Shown: positions 1 to 9,189, counted from the first letter of the stretch. The stretch is 37,531 bases of DNA from Planctomycetota bacterium (GCA_022573485.1 JACZTW010000002.1:1-37531); one strand, 5' to 3'. Notes: generated by a model from the sequence alone, not told the origin. Made by a program: numbers and translations.

Positions 1-338
1 AATGCCTTACCAGTGTGAACTAGTGCCTCATTCAGAGTCCTCAAGAGTGTCGAATGATCTGGCTCGTCAGGATTGAGTCTCAACTTCAATCTCGTCTCTA
101 TCTGGAATATCTCTGCGGATGCTGACACACTCTGCTCGCGGTTGCCCACGTTTTGCGACACGAATAACATGAGCGAGCAAAACTTTCCGAGCTCCTCACG
201 CAGAGCGTCCACCCACTTCTGCCGATTCGCCGACACGAGCTGTGCCCTGATCTGCCGCTTAGCTATTTGCAATTGGATCACCGGCCCCACGACAACCGCT
301 GCGAGTGCAATGAGCGCCGTGATTGTTACCATTTCCAT
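1..338 (-). CDS. hypothetical membrane-anchored protein, N-terminal part only (ORF runs off the left edge)
   Basis: Absent from the ORF track because no stop lies inside the window. Reverse-strand ATG at 338 sits 7 nt after GGGAGG (complement of 346-351). Translation MEMVTITALIALAAVVVGPVIQLQIAKRQIRAQLVSANRQKWVDALREELGKF...LNEALVHTGKA stays open to position 1. One hydrophobic N-terminal helix is followed by charged helical sequence. The surrounding DNA (1-500) is visibly lower in GC. No family recognised. Confidence 0.55.
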   Translation of the reverse strand, partial: MEMVTITALIALAAVVVGPVIQLQIAKRQIRAQLVSANRQKWVDALREELGKFCSLMLFVSQNVGNREQSVSASAEIFQIETRLKLRLNPDEPDHSTLLRTLNEALVHTGKA

Positions 339-511
339 ACCGAATCCTCCCTTTCAACACATTTTGTTCGTTTCCTGATACCTTCAATCTCCATGAGTGT
401 AACGGCTCCCCTGTCAATCAACCAGCCAGGACGTGGCGAGCGTGCTCGTTGACGACATGAGTGAGTTGGAGTGCATGTTGTCGGTAGCGGCATAGCCATG
501 GCGGTTAGCGG

Positions 512-2425
512 TTAGCGTTTTGCTTTCCACCAGCAGAGGACGAGGAGGGCGTAGAGGATGTCGGCGTTTTCGGCTCGGTTGTCGGTGTGGTCTTTGTAGA
601 TTTGCATGATGCCGTCGTAGTCCAGCGGCGGGATGCGCTCGACGACTTCGCGGGTGACGGTGGAGAGGAACATGTCGCGCAGGGGGCCTCGCAGGAACTC
701 GCCGATCGGTAATTCAAAACCCATCTTCGGCCGGGTGAGGATTTCGGCAGGCAAGACGTCGCGGTAGGCGTGCACCAGCAAACGCTTCCTCGATTTACGC
801 CGCAGCTTGAACTCCGACGGCAAGGCCGCCGCCAACTCGACCACGGCGGGGTCCAGCATGGGCACGCGGACCTCCAGGCTGTGATACATGCTCGCCAAGT
901 CGACCTTGTGCAGCATGTCGGCGGGCAACTGGTAGTGCAGGTCCATCAGCATGATTTGATTCAGCGGGTCGTCGGCCCAGCGGTTGAACAGCTCCGCCCC
1001 GATCATTTGCTCGAAGAACGGCGCGAAAGCCGGGAAGTAGGGCATGTCGCCGCCGGGGTCGAGCTGGCGCTCGGCTTCGGGCGAGAGGATGCGCGACCAC
1101 ACGAAGTGCCGCTCCAATGGGTCGTCCACCTGCGTACGCAGCAGCTTCTTGGCCTGGCGGATGCGGTTGCCGAAGCCGCTCGATTTCGTCGAGCGCAGCA
1201 CCGCCAGCAGCGGCTCAAAAAAGACCTCACGCATCCACTGCGGCAGATAGCGGTAGCGCCTGAGGTAGTGGTGGCCCAGGTAGCGATAGTAGCCGCCGAA
1301 CAATTCGTCGGCCCCGTCGCCGGACAGGGCCACCGTGACGCTGCGGCGGGCGTGGGCGCTGACCAGCGACGTGGGAATGAGCGACGCATCGGCGAACGGC
1401 TCGCCGAGGTGGTCGAACATCTTCGGCAAGTGCTCGATCACGTCGTCGAAGCTCAGCGTGATCGCGTGGTGCTCGGTGCCGAATCTGGCCGCCACGATTT
1501 CGGCGTAGTGGGTCTCGTCGTAGCGCGGTTGACCCTCGAAGCCGATCGAAAAAGTCTGCGGCGGCGACGAAGACTCGGCGGCGAGGTGGCTGACGATGAT
1601 CGAGGAATCCAATCCGCCGGACAGGAACGCGCCCAGCGGCACGTCGGCCACCATGCGATCCTTGACGGATTGGCCGATGCGGGCGCGCAGCTCGCGGCTC
1701 GCTTCCTCGTAGCTCAGCGCGCCCAGTTGCGGGCAAGCCCGCAGCGTGTAATAGCGCTGCGGCGTCTGCGGGCCGTCGGCACTGAAGCGCAGGAAGTGGC
1801 CCGGCGACAGGCGGTGGAAGTGTTTGTAGATCGTGTCCGGGTGCGGAATGTAGCCGAAGCGCAGGTAATGGTGAACGCTGGCCGGCCAGAGTTCGCGCGG
1901 GGCGTTGGCGATGGATTCCAGCGCCGACATTTCGCTGGCGAAAACGAGTTCGTCGTCGAACTCGGCATACACGAGCGGCTTGATGCCGAAGCGGTCGCGG
2001 GCGAGAAAGCCGCAGCGCTCCTGCGTATCGTAAATGCAAAACGCCCACATGCCGTTGAGGCGATCGAGGAGGCCCATGCCCCAGGCGCGATAACCGTGAA
2101 GCAGAACCTCCGTGTCGGTATCGCTTTTGAAGGTGCAGCCTGCGGCGGTGAGTTCGCCGCGCAGGGCGCGGTGGTTGTAAATCTCGCCGTTGAACACGAC
2201 GATCAGCCGGCCGCCGTCGGCGATCATGGGCTGGCGCCCCTCGGGCCGGGGGTCGATCACCGCCAGCCGAGTGGAGGCCAAGCCGACGGACAGGGCTTGC
2301 GACTCGCAGACCCACGTATCACGATCGTCCGGCCCCCGGTGATGGAGGCGGTCGCAAGCGTGGTCCAGCCGGACGCGTGAGAGGGTCCGGCCCGCAAAAT
2401 CAATGATGCCCGCTATTCCGCACAT
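512..2425 (-). CDS. asnB: asparagine synthase (glutamine-hydrolysing), long AsnB-type
   Basis: ORF 512..2476 (-). Class-II amidotransferase N-terminus MCGIAGIIDF requires Cys2, so the start is placed at the internal ATG at 2425. Also shows the SGGLDSS PP-loop motif and an AsnB-like C-terminal synthetase domain. Confidence 0.9.
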   Translation of the reverse strand: MCGIAGIIDFAGRTLSRVRLDHACDRLHHRGPDDRDTWVCESQALSVGLASTRLAVIDPRPEGRQPMIADGGRLIVVFNGEIYNHRALRGELTAAGCTFKSDTDTEVLLHGYRAWGMGLLDRLNGMWAFCIYDTQERCGFLARDRFGIKPLVYAEFDDELVFASEMSALESIANAPRELWPASVHHYLRFGYIPHPDTIYKHFHRLSPGHFLRFSADGPQTPQRYYTLRACPQLGALSYEEASRELRARIGQSVKDRMVADVPLGAFLSGGLDSSIIVSHLAAESSSPPQTFSIGFEGQPRYDETHYAEIVAARFGTEHHAITLSFDDVIEHLPKMFDHLGEPFADASLIPTSLVSAHARRSVTVALSGDGADELFGGYYRYLGHHYLRRYRYLPQWMREVFFEPLLAVLRSTKSSGFGNRIRQAKKLLRTQVDDPLERHFVWSRILSPEAERQLDPGGDMPYFPAFAPFFEQMIGAELFNRWADDPLNQIMLMDLHYQLPADMLHKVDLASMYHSLEVRVPMLDPAVVELAAALPSEFKLRRKSRKRLLVHAYRDVLPAEILTRPKMGFELPIGEFLRGPLRDMFLSTVTREVVERIPPLDYDGIMQIYKDHTDNRAENADILYALLVLCWWKAKR

Positions 2426-2693
2426 GTGTCGCAGATTGTTCGCCGAGCCGAGGCGAAATGCAAGAGTTTCATGCACATATGACGTGGTCCGAAGAAACCG
2501 ACGTTTTAAGGCTTCGGCGGGCAGAAACGGCCCGGAGCGGGAGGTTAGCCGACCCTAATCCGCTTGCTCCGGTAGTGGGCCGCCGGTAAGATGGAATTTG
2601 AGTTGCACGGCCTTTTCACAGTAGGTCGGTGCTGACCCGACGTGGATCCTCCATATCCACCCGATTTGCGGTATTTGTTGCGGAGTGCGGTTG

Positions 2694-3227
2694 ATGGACG
2701 CTCAGTTTGTCATGTTCAAGGAAAACGGCGAGCGCAAGGAGTTCGCGCTGCGCAATCAGACGACGATCGTCGGTCGCAAGGATGACTGCGACATCCGCAT
2801 CCCGCTCAAGGAAGTGTCGCGGCAACATGCGGAGATCCAGATCACGCGTCACGGTGTTCACGTCAAGGACCTCGGCAGTTCCAACGGCACGTATGTCAAC
2901 AATGAGCGGATCAAGGAGCGCGACCTCGTGCCGGGCGACCATTTGGTGATCGGGCCGGTGGTCTTCACGCTGCAGGTTGACGGCGAACCGGCCGACATCC
3001 GGCCGGTGAAGACGAAGCTGCGGCGCAAATCCTCACGTGAGCCGGCGGACGAACTCACGGCCGAGATCGAGGAGCCCAAAGAAGCAGAGGACAGCAAGGC
3101 CGGCGCTTCCGGTTTTGACAGCGAAGTGCTGGCGGCGCTGGAGGCCTCCGGCGAGGGCAGCAGCCTGGATATCGACTTCGACGAACTCGATCTGGGCGAC
3201 TCGGCCATCGCGGAAGAGAAGAACTAG
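2694..3227 (+). CDS. FHA domain-containing protein with acidic C-terminal tail
   Basis: Contains TIVGRKDDCDIRIPLKEVSRQHAEIQITRHGVHVKDLGSSNGTYVNNERI, the canonical FHA G-R...S-R-x-H...S-x-N-G-T pattern. ATG at 2694 lies 8 nt after GGAG (2682-2685); the track ORF begins at GTG 2685. The C-terminal half is low-complexity and acidic. Confidence 0.85.
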   Translation: MDAQFVMFKENGERKEFALRNQTTIVGRKDDCDIRIPLKEVSRQHAEIQITRHGVHVKDLGSSNGTYVNNERIKERDLVPGDHLVIGPVVFTLQVDGEPADIRPVKTKLRRKSSREPADELTAEIEEPKEAEDSKAGASGFDSEVLAALEASGEGSSLDIDFDELDLGDSAIAEEKN

Positions 3228-3250
3228 CCCTCTTTGTTTTCTGAAACACA

Positions 3251-3290
3251 ACAGGCCCCCGCGCCAGAGCGCGGGGGCCTGTTTCTTTCG
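3251..3290. terminator. bidirectional intrinsic terminator between convergent genes
   Basis: Perfect 14-bp stem ACAGGCCCCCGCGC (3251-3264) / GCGCGGGGGCCTGT (3269-3282) with loop CAGA, followed by TTTCTTT. The upstream side is A/T-rich on the opposite strand. It lies between the stops of the FHA gene (3227) and the S9 peptidase gene (3314). Confidence 0.8.
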
Positions 3291-3313
3291 ATCACATCAA
3301 TGCTCAAATGGCG

Positions 3314-5218
3314 CTACGGCTCAAAGCGACCGCCGAGATGCTTGGCCAGAAACCGCTCCGCGGCGGCGTTGAAGTCCAGCCTGTTCTCGGGCTTGGCGAA
3401 GCCGTGGCCCTCGTCGTCGTAGAGCTTGTACTCCACCGGGATGCCGGCCTTTCTCATGGCGGCGACGATTTGGTCGCTCTCCGCCTTCTTGACACGCGGG
3501 TCATTGGCGCCTTGGCCGATGAGCAGCGGTTTCGTGATGCGGTCCACTTTGAACAGCGGCGAACGTGATTTCAGGAACGCGACCTCGTTGGTCCCGCCGA
3601 TCCGCTTCTCGAACATCGGCCGCAACGGCTCCCAGTACGGGGGAATCGTGTTCATGAAGGTCACTAAATTGCTCGGCCCGACAATGTCCACGCCGCAGGC
3701 GAACACGTCCGGCGTGAAGGTCAAGCCGACCAGCGTCGCGTAGCCGCCATACGATCCGCCGTAGATCGCAATTTTGTTCTTGTCGGCGTAGCCCTCTTTG
3801 ATGAGCCAGTTGACGCCGTCGATCAAGTCATCGTGCATCTTGCCGCCCCATTCACGATCGGCGGCGTTGATGAACTTCTTCCCGAATCCAGTGGAACCGC
3901 GGAAGTTGACCTGCAAGACAGCATAGCCGCGGTTGGCCAACCATTGGGCATGGGTGTCGAAGCCCCAACTGTCCCGGTGCCACGGGCCTCCATGCACATA
4001 CAGCACCGCCGGCAGGTTCTTCGGTTTCACGCCCACCGGCAGGGTCAGGTAGCTGTGCAGATCCAGGCCGTCGCGCGATCGAATGGTCACCGGCTTCATC
4101 TTAGCGAGCTTGTACTTCTTCAGTTCCGGCCGATGGGTGAACATGAAGTCACCCTTGCCCGTTTTGCGGCTGTAACTGTAGTAGTAGATGGGGCCGTCGT
4201 CGGTCTCGAAGGCCACCAGCCAGGTTTTGTCGGCCAAGTCACGGTTCACGATCGAGAAATCGCCCTTGTGGAGTTTCTTGATGGCCTTGAAATCCTTCTT
4301 GATGGATTTATCCAGCACCTCCCACTCCGTGCGGTCTTTGGTGAAGGCCACCGCCTGAATATGATGCTTCGTGGGATGAATCATCACGGAGCCGGCGTCC
4401 ACTTTGGAGTTGGATGCCAGAACTTTCTCGGTGCCGTCGGAAAGCGAAATCTCGACGAGGCGAGCGGTGTTTGAACCAATGCTGCTCCTGGCATAGATGG
4501 ACATGTTGTCGGGCGTGAAGCCGATCGGCCCGGACGACAACGCGTCTTCCGAGCGCCAAGTCACCACAGGCCGCCACTGCGAGGCCATTTCGTCGCGGAC
4601 CTTCAATTGGAATCCGCCGTCCATCGTGCGGGCCAGCGCCCCACGCAGCTTGAAATTCGTATCGGTGAACCAGCCAACAATGTCGCCCGGATTCGATTCT
4701 TCCTTCTTGCACGTGTTGGTCGTCAGATTGATGCGGTAGACATCGTGCAGTTTCTTGTCATCGACGTTCAGGCCGATGAGGATCTCATTGGGGAAGTTCG
4801 GATCCATCATTACGTTCTGGGCCTTAACGCCCGGAAACTTCGTCAAATCACGTGTCTTCTTCGTGGCCATCTCGACTGCATACAGATGCCAGTTTTCATC
4901 GCCGCCCTTGTCCTGGATGAAAACCAGGTCGGTGTTGTTGTAGGCCCAGCCGTAGTAACGAATGCCACGGTCTCGATCGTTGGTCACGACGTGATCATCC
5001 GTCTTGCCCACCGTTCGGACCCAAACATTCAAGACGCCTTGGTCCGGCGCGATGTAGGCGAGGAACTTTCCATCGGGGGACAGTTGCGGCGAGATCTTCT
5101 CGGGATTGCCGAACAGCACCTCCCGGGGGATCAAATCCGGCAAGTCGGCACGCACGAGCGGCGTAAGAACCAATGCGCTGACAACGAGACACAACAATGC
5201 TCTTGCGGGAGTTCTCAT
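3314..5218 (-). CDS. secreted S9 family serine peptidase (prolyl oligopeptidase / dipeptidyl aminopeptidase type)
   Basis: 634 aa. Signal-peptide-like N-terminus MRTPARALLCLVVSALVLTPLVRA, a long beta-propeller-like N-terminal region, and a C-terminal alpha/beta hydrolase. Nucleophile elbow GGSYGGY, then GANDPRV (Asp) and DDEGHGF (His) in S-D-H order. Confidence 0.88.
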   Translation of the reverse strand: MRTPARALLCLVVSALVLTPLVRADLPDLIPREVLFGNPEKISPQLSPDGKFLAYIAPDQGVLNVWVRTVGKTDDHVVTNDRDRGIRYYGWAYNNTDLVFIQDKGGDENWHLYAVEMATKKTRDLTKFPGVKAQNVMMDPNFPNEILIGLNVDDKKLHDVYRINLTTNTCKKEESNPGDIVGWFTDTNFKLRGALARTMDGGFQLKVRDEMASQWRPVVTWRSEDALSSGPIGFTPDNMSIYARSSIGSNTARLVEISLSDGTEKVLASNSKVDAGSVMIHPTKHHIQAVAFTKDRTEWEVLDKSIKKDFKAIKKLHKGDFSIVNRDLADKTWLVAFETDDGPIYYYSYSRKTGKGDFMFTHRPELKKYKLAKMKPVTIRSRDGLDLHSYLTLPVGVKPKNLPAVLYVHGGPWHRDSWGFDTHAQWLANRGYAVLQVNFRGSTGFGKKFINAADREWGGKMHDDLIDGVNWLIKEGYADKNKIAIYGGSYGGYATLVGLTFTPDVFACGVDIVGPSNLVTFMNTIPPYWEPLRPMFEKRIGGTNEVAFLKSRSPLFKVDRITKPLLIGQGANDPRVKKAESDQIVAAMRKAGIPVEYKLYDDEGHGFAKPENRLDFNAAAERFLAKHLGGRFEP

Positions 5219-5785
5219 GGCATTTCTCCTTTTGCTAGATTTGAAGAACTCACTCGATCACCCACGGTTCCGGGCATGCGCCGCCCGCCAACCAGCCGCT
5301 TACCCCACATCGCGAGTGGTACTACTGCGGGCAGGCTGCGTCAAGACCGAATCAGCCGGTTCGGCCGACGAATCTCACCGTACCCAGATCGCCGCCCGGT
5401 CGGCGACGCTCCGACCAGAGACCCGCAGGTGCTCGCGACACGCTCGCGGCGAGTCGAGCCCAAACCTTGACATTTGAAACATAAGGAGTTACGCTGATCC
5501 GGCATTGTGAACCCGCTTGCGAGTCGAATAAACCCGCTTGCGGGTCGTCGGGCAGTTTGGATATTCTGGTGCCCCTGGGGCGTGCCACTTCAAACGTGGT
5601 AATGGGCTTCTTCCTCGCGGCAGGCAGCTCAGGCCTCGGTATCAGACAAACTTTGTCGCGACATTTCGAGTTGAAACCGGCCATCCTGGCACCGAAGACC
5701 AGAGATTTGAAATCCCGGGCGTTCGACGAGAAGGGCGGCGATTGGCCGCTGATTGTGTTATAGTCTCTCGCTTCGAGTATCGGAT

Positions 5786-5856
5786 TAGCCCGTGGTGTAA
5801 TGGCAACACACCAGGTTTTGGTCCTGGCGTTCCTGGTTCGAGTCCAGGCGGGCTAG
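5786..5856 (+). tRNA. tRNA-Gln (anticodon UUG)
   Basis: Folded by hand. Acceptor TAGCCCG/CGGGCTA (7 bp, U1-A72), discriminator G73, U8, D-stem GTGT/ACAC. Anticodon stem CCAGG/CCTGG with loop TTTTGGT (anticodon TTG). Variable region CGTT, T-arm CCTGG-TTCGAGT-CCAGG. 71 nt, CCA not encoded. U1-A72 plus G73 fits bacterial tRNA-Gln. Confidence 0.93.
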
Positions 5857-5889
5857 TGTTCTGTTGCGGAGTTTGGAAACCGTTGTTCC

Positions 5890-6648
5890 ATGCGTGCGAC
5901 TGCTGCAATTATTCTCGGAGCCGGCAAGAGCACGCGGATGCAGAGTGATCTGCCGAAAGTGCTGCACAAATTGTGCGGCAAGCCGATGCTCGCTTACGTG
6001 CTGGACGCCTGCCGCGAGGCCGGCATCGAGACATTGAACGTGGTCGTCGGCCATCAGAAGCAGAGTGTCATCGACGCGTTCGCCGGCGACAGCGGGATCA
6101 ACTGGATCGAGCAGGCGGAACAACTGGGCACCGGCCACGCTGTGATGATGTGCGGCGAGGCACTGAGCGGACACGACGGCGACGTGCTGGTCATCGCCGG
6201 CGACATGCCGTTGGTCCGTGCAGAAACGCTGCGTCGATTGCTCGATGAGCACCGCGCCGCCGAGGCGGCTGTTTCGCTGGCCACCACGCGGCTGGACGAT
6301 CCGACGGGATACGGCAGAATCGTCCGGAACGATCAAGGCGGGCTGCTGCGGATCGTGGAAGAAAATGACTGCTCCGATGAGCAAAAGGCCATCGGCGAAG
6401 TGAACATCAGCTACTATTGCTTTGACTGCCGGGCTTTGTTCGGGGCGCTCGAGCACGTGCGGCCTGACAATGCCAAGGGCGAATACTATATCACCGAGGC
6501 CGTACACGTTCTGCTCGGCGAGGGTCGGCGAAGCGTGATTCTGCCCGACGTAGCGCCGGAAGATGCTTTGGGCATCAATTCGCCGGCGGACCTGGCCGTC
6601 GTCGAAAAAGTGATGCGGCGGCGGATGAGCAAGATGCAACCGAACTGA
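5890..6648 (+). CDS. sugar-1-phosphate nucleotidyltransferase resembling the N-terminal (uridyltransferase) domain of GlmU; no acetyltransferase domain
   Basis: 252 aa. AIILGAGKSTRMQSDLPKVLHKLCGKPML, EQLGTGHAV and VIAGDMPLV match the GlmU pyrophosphorylase domain. The ORF ends before any left-handed beta-helix hexapeptide region. It sits in the conserved glmU-prs-ctc-pth position. Confidence 0.8.
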   Translation: MRATAAIILGAGKSTRMQSDLPKVLHKLCGKPMLAYVLDACREAGIETLNVVVGHQKQSVIDAFAGDSGINWIEQAEQLGTGHAVMMCGEALSGHDGDVLVIAGDMPLVRAETLRRLLDEHRAAEAAVSLATTRLDDPTGYGRIVRNDQGGLLRIVEENDCSDEQKAIGEVNISYYCFDCRALFGALEHVRPDNAKGEYYITEAVHVLLGEGRRSVILPDVAPEDALGINSPADLAVVEKVMRRRMSKMQPN

Positions 6649-6747
6649 ATGGTGTTGCGACATCTTGAGGCAATTTGAGCCGGGCCCTTCAGGGTCCGGA
6701 CCAAGCCTTCGGAAAAGTGTCGGAAGTTCATGGCCTGAAGGCCGAGT

Positions 6748-6829
6748 TCGGGATGGTGAGGGTCCGCAGCCTGAAGGCTGCGGCTCGGGATGGTGTGGGT
6801 CCGCAGCCTGAAGGCTGCGGCTCGGGATA
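6748..6829. repeat. 37-bp tandem repeat (2.2 copies), each unit containing a CCGCAGCC-TGAA-GGCTGCGG hairpin
   Basis: Unit 6748-6784 and unit 6785-6821 differ at one base (A6759 vs T6796). A partial third unit TCGGGATA follows at 6822-6829. A related GGCCTGAAGGCC hairpin lies just upstream (6732-6743). Intergenic between the glmU-like gene and prs. Confidence 0.9.
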
Positions 6830-6862
6830 TTGAATCCTTTTACTTGGTGCGCGGAGAGGCAC

Positions 6863-7816
6863 ATGAACGGCTTAAAGGTCTTTGCAGGATCCGGCGGCTT
6901 GGCCCTGACCGAGAAGATCGTGCGCTACCTGGATATCCCGGTGGGCCGTGCGACGATCGGAAGCTATCCGGACGGCGAAACTCTGATCAAGCTGGAAGAC
7001 GATGTCCGTGGCCGGGATTGCTTCGTGGTGCAATCGACCAGCCCGCCCGTGAACGACAATCTGATGGAATTGCTGATTTTCATCGACTGTGTGCGGCGGG
7101 CGTCGGCCCGGCGGATCACGGCGGTCATACCGTACTTCGGCTATGCCCGGCAGGATCGCAAGACCGAGGGCCGAACGCCGATTACGGCCAAGCTCGTGGC
7201 CAACATGATCGCCAAGGCCGGCGCAGACCGCGTGCTGACCATGGACCTGCACGCCGACCAAATCCAGGGCTTCTTCGACATTCCGCTGGATCACCTCATG
7301 GCGGAGCCGGTCATCGCGAAGCACTTCGAGGAAAAGAACCTCGACAAAATCGTCATCGTCTCGCCGGACGTGGGCAACATGAAGACCACCAATGCCTACG
7401 CCTCACGACTGGGCGGGGAGTTGGCGGTCATCGACAAGCGCCGCAGCACCGGCGATTCGATCGAGATCGTCAATTTGATCGGCAGTGTGGACGGCTGCGA
7501 TGTCTTGATGTTTGACGACATGATTACGACCGCCGGCACGGTCTGCAGCGCCGCCAAGTTCCTGCGCGAACGCGGGGCGCGGTCGATCACCGTGTCAGCG
7601 ACGCACCCGATTTTCGCGGGGCCCGCGGTGGACCGCATCTGCGAGAGCGGCATCGACGCGATCTGTGTTACCGACACTGTGCCGCTGTCACCCGAAGCCC
7701 GGGAAAAACTGAATAATCTCACGGTGCTGTCCGTGGCGGAATTGATGGGCGAAGCCATTCGCCGCATCCACCGCAACGAATCGGTCAGCGCACTCTTTGA
7801 AAACGACAAAGGTTAG
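6863..7816 (+). CDS. prs: ribose-phosphate pyrophosphokinase
   Basis: MNGLKVFAGSGGLALTEKIVRYLDIPVGRATIGSYPDGE..., GYARQDRK, DLHADQIQGFF, and the PRPP-binding DDMITTAGT. Start moved to ATG 6863, preceded by GGAGAGG (6853-6859); the track ORF starts at 6830. Confidence 0.95.
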   Translation: MNGLKVFAGSGGLALTEKIVRYLDIPVGRATIGSYPDGETLIKLEDDVRGRDCFVVQSTSPPVNDNLMELLIFIDCVRRASARRITAVIPYFGYARQDRKTEGRTPITAKLVANMIAKAGADRVLTMDLHADQIQGFFDIPLDHLMAEPVIAKHFEEKNLDKIVIVSPDVGNMKTTNAYASRLGGELAVIDKRRSTGDSIEIVNLIGSVDGCDVLMFDDMITTAGTVCSAAKFLRERGARSITVSATHPIFAGPAVDRICESGIDAICVTDTVPLSPEAREKLNNLTVLSVAELMGEAIRRIHRNESVSALFENDKG

Positions 7817-7846
7817 GAATACGGCTATCCGGGGAGTTTGCCTTCG

Positions 7847-8497
7847 ATGGAAACCAAGACACTCGAAATAAAACGCAGAGAACACACGGGAACAACGTAT
7901 GCCCGCCAACTTCGGAAAGCCGGCCGGGTGCCGGGCATCATCTACAGCCACAAGGACGCCGGCACGGTGCCGTTCAGCGTGGATTATCATGACCTGGAGG
8001 TCGAACTGCTGCGCGGGCGCCGCGTGCTCTCGCTGAACCTGGAAGGGCAAACGCAGTCGTACCTCATCAAGGAGCTGCAGTACAACCATCTCGGCAACGA
8101 GTACGAGCACATCGATCTCGCGTCCGTCAAGATGGATGAAAAAGTAACCTTGAAGGTCGCCATCGAACTAAAGGGCACGCCCAAGGCTGCTTCCGAAGGT
8201 CGCGTTCTGGATCAAGTGCTCAACGAAGTCGAGATCGAATGCCTGGCGGCGGAAATCCCCAACGTCATCCGAGTGTCCGTGACCAATCTCCAGGAAGATG
8301 AGTCGCTGACGGTCGGCGATTTGGATTTGCCGGACGGCGTGAAGGCGACGCAGGATGCGACCGACGTGGTGGCCACGTTCCGAACGCTCGCCGAGGAAGC
8401 CGAGCCGGCCGAAACGGAAGAAGAGGCACCCGCAGCCCCCGAGGTGATCACCAAGGGCAAGGCCGCCGAGGAGGATGCGGAGGCTGCATCGAAGTAA
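7847..8497 (+). CDS. rplY: 50S ribosomal protein L25 / general stress protein Ctc, with acidic C-terminal tail
   Basis: METKTLEIKRREHTGTTYARQLRKAGRVPGIIYS... is a typical L25/Ctc N-terminus, and the length fits the long Ctc form. ATG 7847 lies 10 nt after GGGGAG (7831-7836); the track ORF starts at TTG 7838. Position between prs and pth matches B. subtilis prs-ctc-pth. Confidence 0.9.
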   Translation: METKTLEIKRREHTGTTYARQLRKAGRVPGIIYSHKDAGTVPFSVDYHDLEVELLRGRRVLSLNLEGQTQSYLIKELQYNHLGNEYEHIDLASVKMDEKVTLKVAIELKGTPKAASEGRVLDQVLNEVEIECLAAEIPNVIRVSVTNLQEDESLTVGDLDLPDGVKATQDATDVVATFRTLAEEAEPAETEEEAPAAPEVITKGKAAEEDAEAASK

Positions 8498-8514
8498 TTG
8501 AAGGACCGCTGCTT

Positions 8515-9102
8515 GTGAAACTCATCATCGGGTTGGGCAATCCGGGCAGTCGGTATGCGAAGACGCGACACAACCTGGGATACATGGTGGTCGATGAACT
8601 CGCCCGGCGACACAACATCGACACCACCCGGGAGAAGTTTTCGGCCTGGATCGGCCAAGGCGCCGTTGGAGAAGAGCGGATCCTGCTGGCCAAGCCCACG
8701 ACGTTCATGAACCGCAGCGGGCAAGCCGTGCAGGCCATCGGGCGGTTCTACAAGCTGGAGTTGAGTGACTTGCTGGTGGTGACGGACGATCTGGCGTTGC
8801 CTTTGGGCAAACTCCGACTTCGGGCACTGGGAAGTGCCGGCGGGCACAATGGACTGACGGACATCATCGAGCGGCTCGGCGATGATGGATTCTCGCGACT
8901 GCGGATCGGCATCGACTCGCCGCAGTGGAACGCGAGCGATCACGTGCTCGGTGAGTTCGATGCGGAGGAAATGTCGATCGTGACGCCGGCGGTGACACGA
9001 AGTGCGGACGCGGTCGAGTTCTGGATCCGCAGCGGCGTGAGCTCAGCCATGAATGAGTATAATCGTGACTTGGCGGACGAAAGCGGCAGTGCTGGAGAAT
9101 AA
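8515..9102 (+). CDS. pth: peptidyl-tRNA hydrolase
   Basis: GTG start. MKLIIGLGNPGSRYAKTRHNLGYMVVDELA, FMNRSGQAV and GHNGL are Pth hallmarks. Confidence 0.95.
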   Translation: MKLIIGLGNPGSRYAKTRHNLGYMVVDELARRHNIDTTREKFSAWIGQGAVGEERILLAKPTTFMNRSGQAVQAIGRFYKLELSDLLVVTDDLALPLGKLRLRALGSAGGHNGLTDIIERLGDDGFSRLRIGIDSPQWNASDHVLGEFDAEEMSIVTPAVTRSADAVEFWIRSGVSSAMNEYNRDLADESGSAGE

Positions 9103-9189
9103 ACCAAGAGCGGATCAAGACTGATCCAAATGAATAGAATGTGGATCCGGCGCTGACATGCCGCGATTCATCGAGTTGGAGGCGCTATC

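Noticed and set aside
770-2380. 536-aa ORF on the + strand opposite asnB, plus several 100-360-aa ORFs in other frames
   Set aside because: This is an antisense shadow ORF typical of high-GC DNA. Its translation is Arg/Ala/Gly/Val-rich with no motifs, whereas the minus-strand frame carries unmistakable AsnB motifs.
5785-6864. 359-aa minus-strand ORF
   Set aside because: It runs through the tRNA-Gln gene, antisense to the GlmU-like gene, and through the 37-bp tandem repeat. It is not coding.
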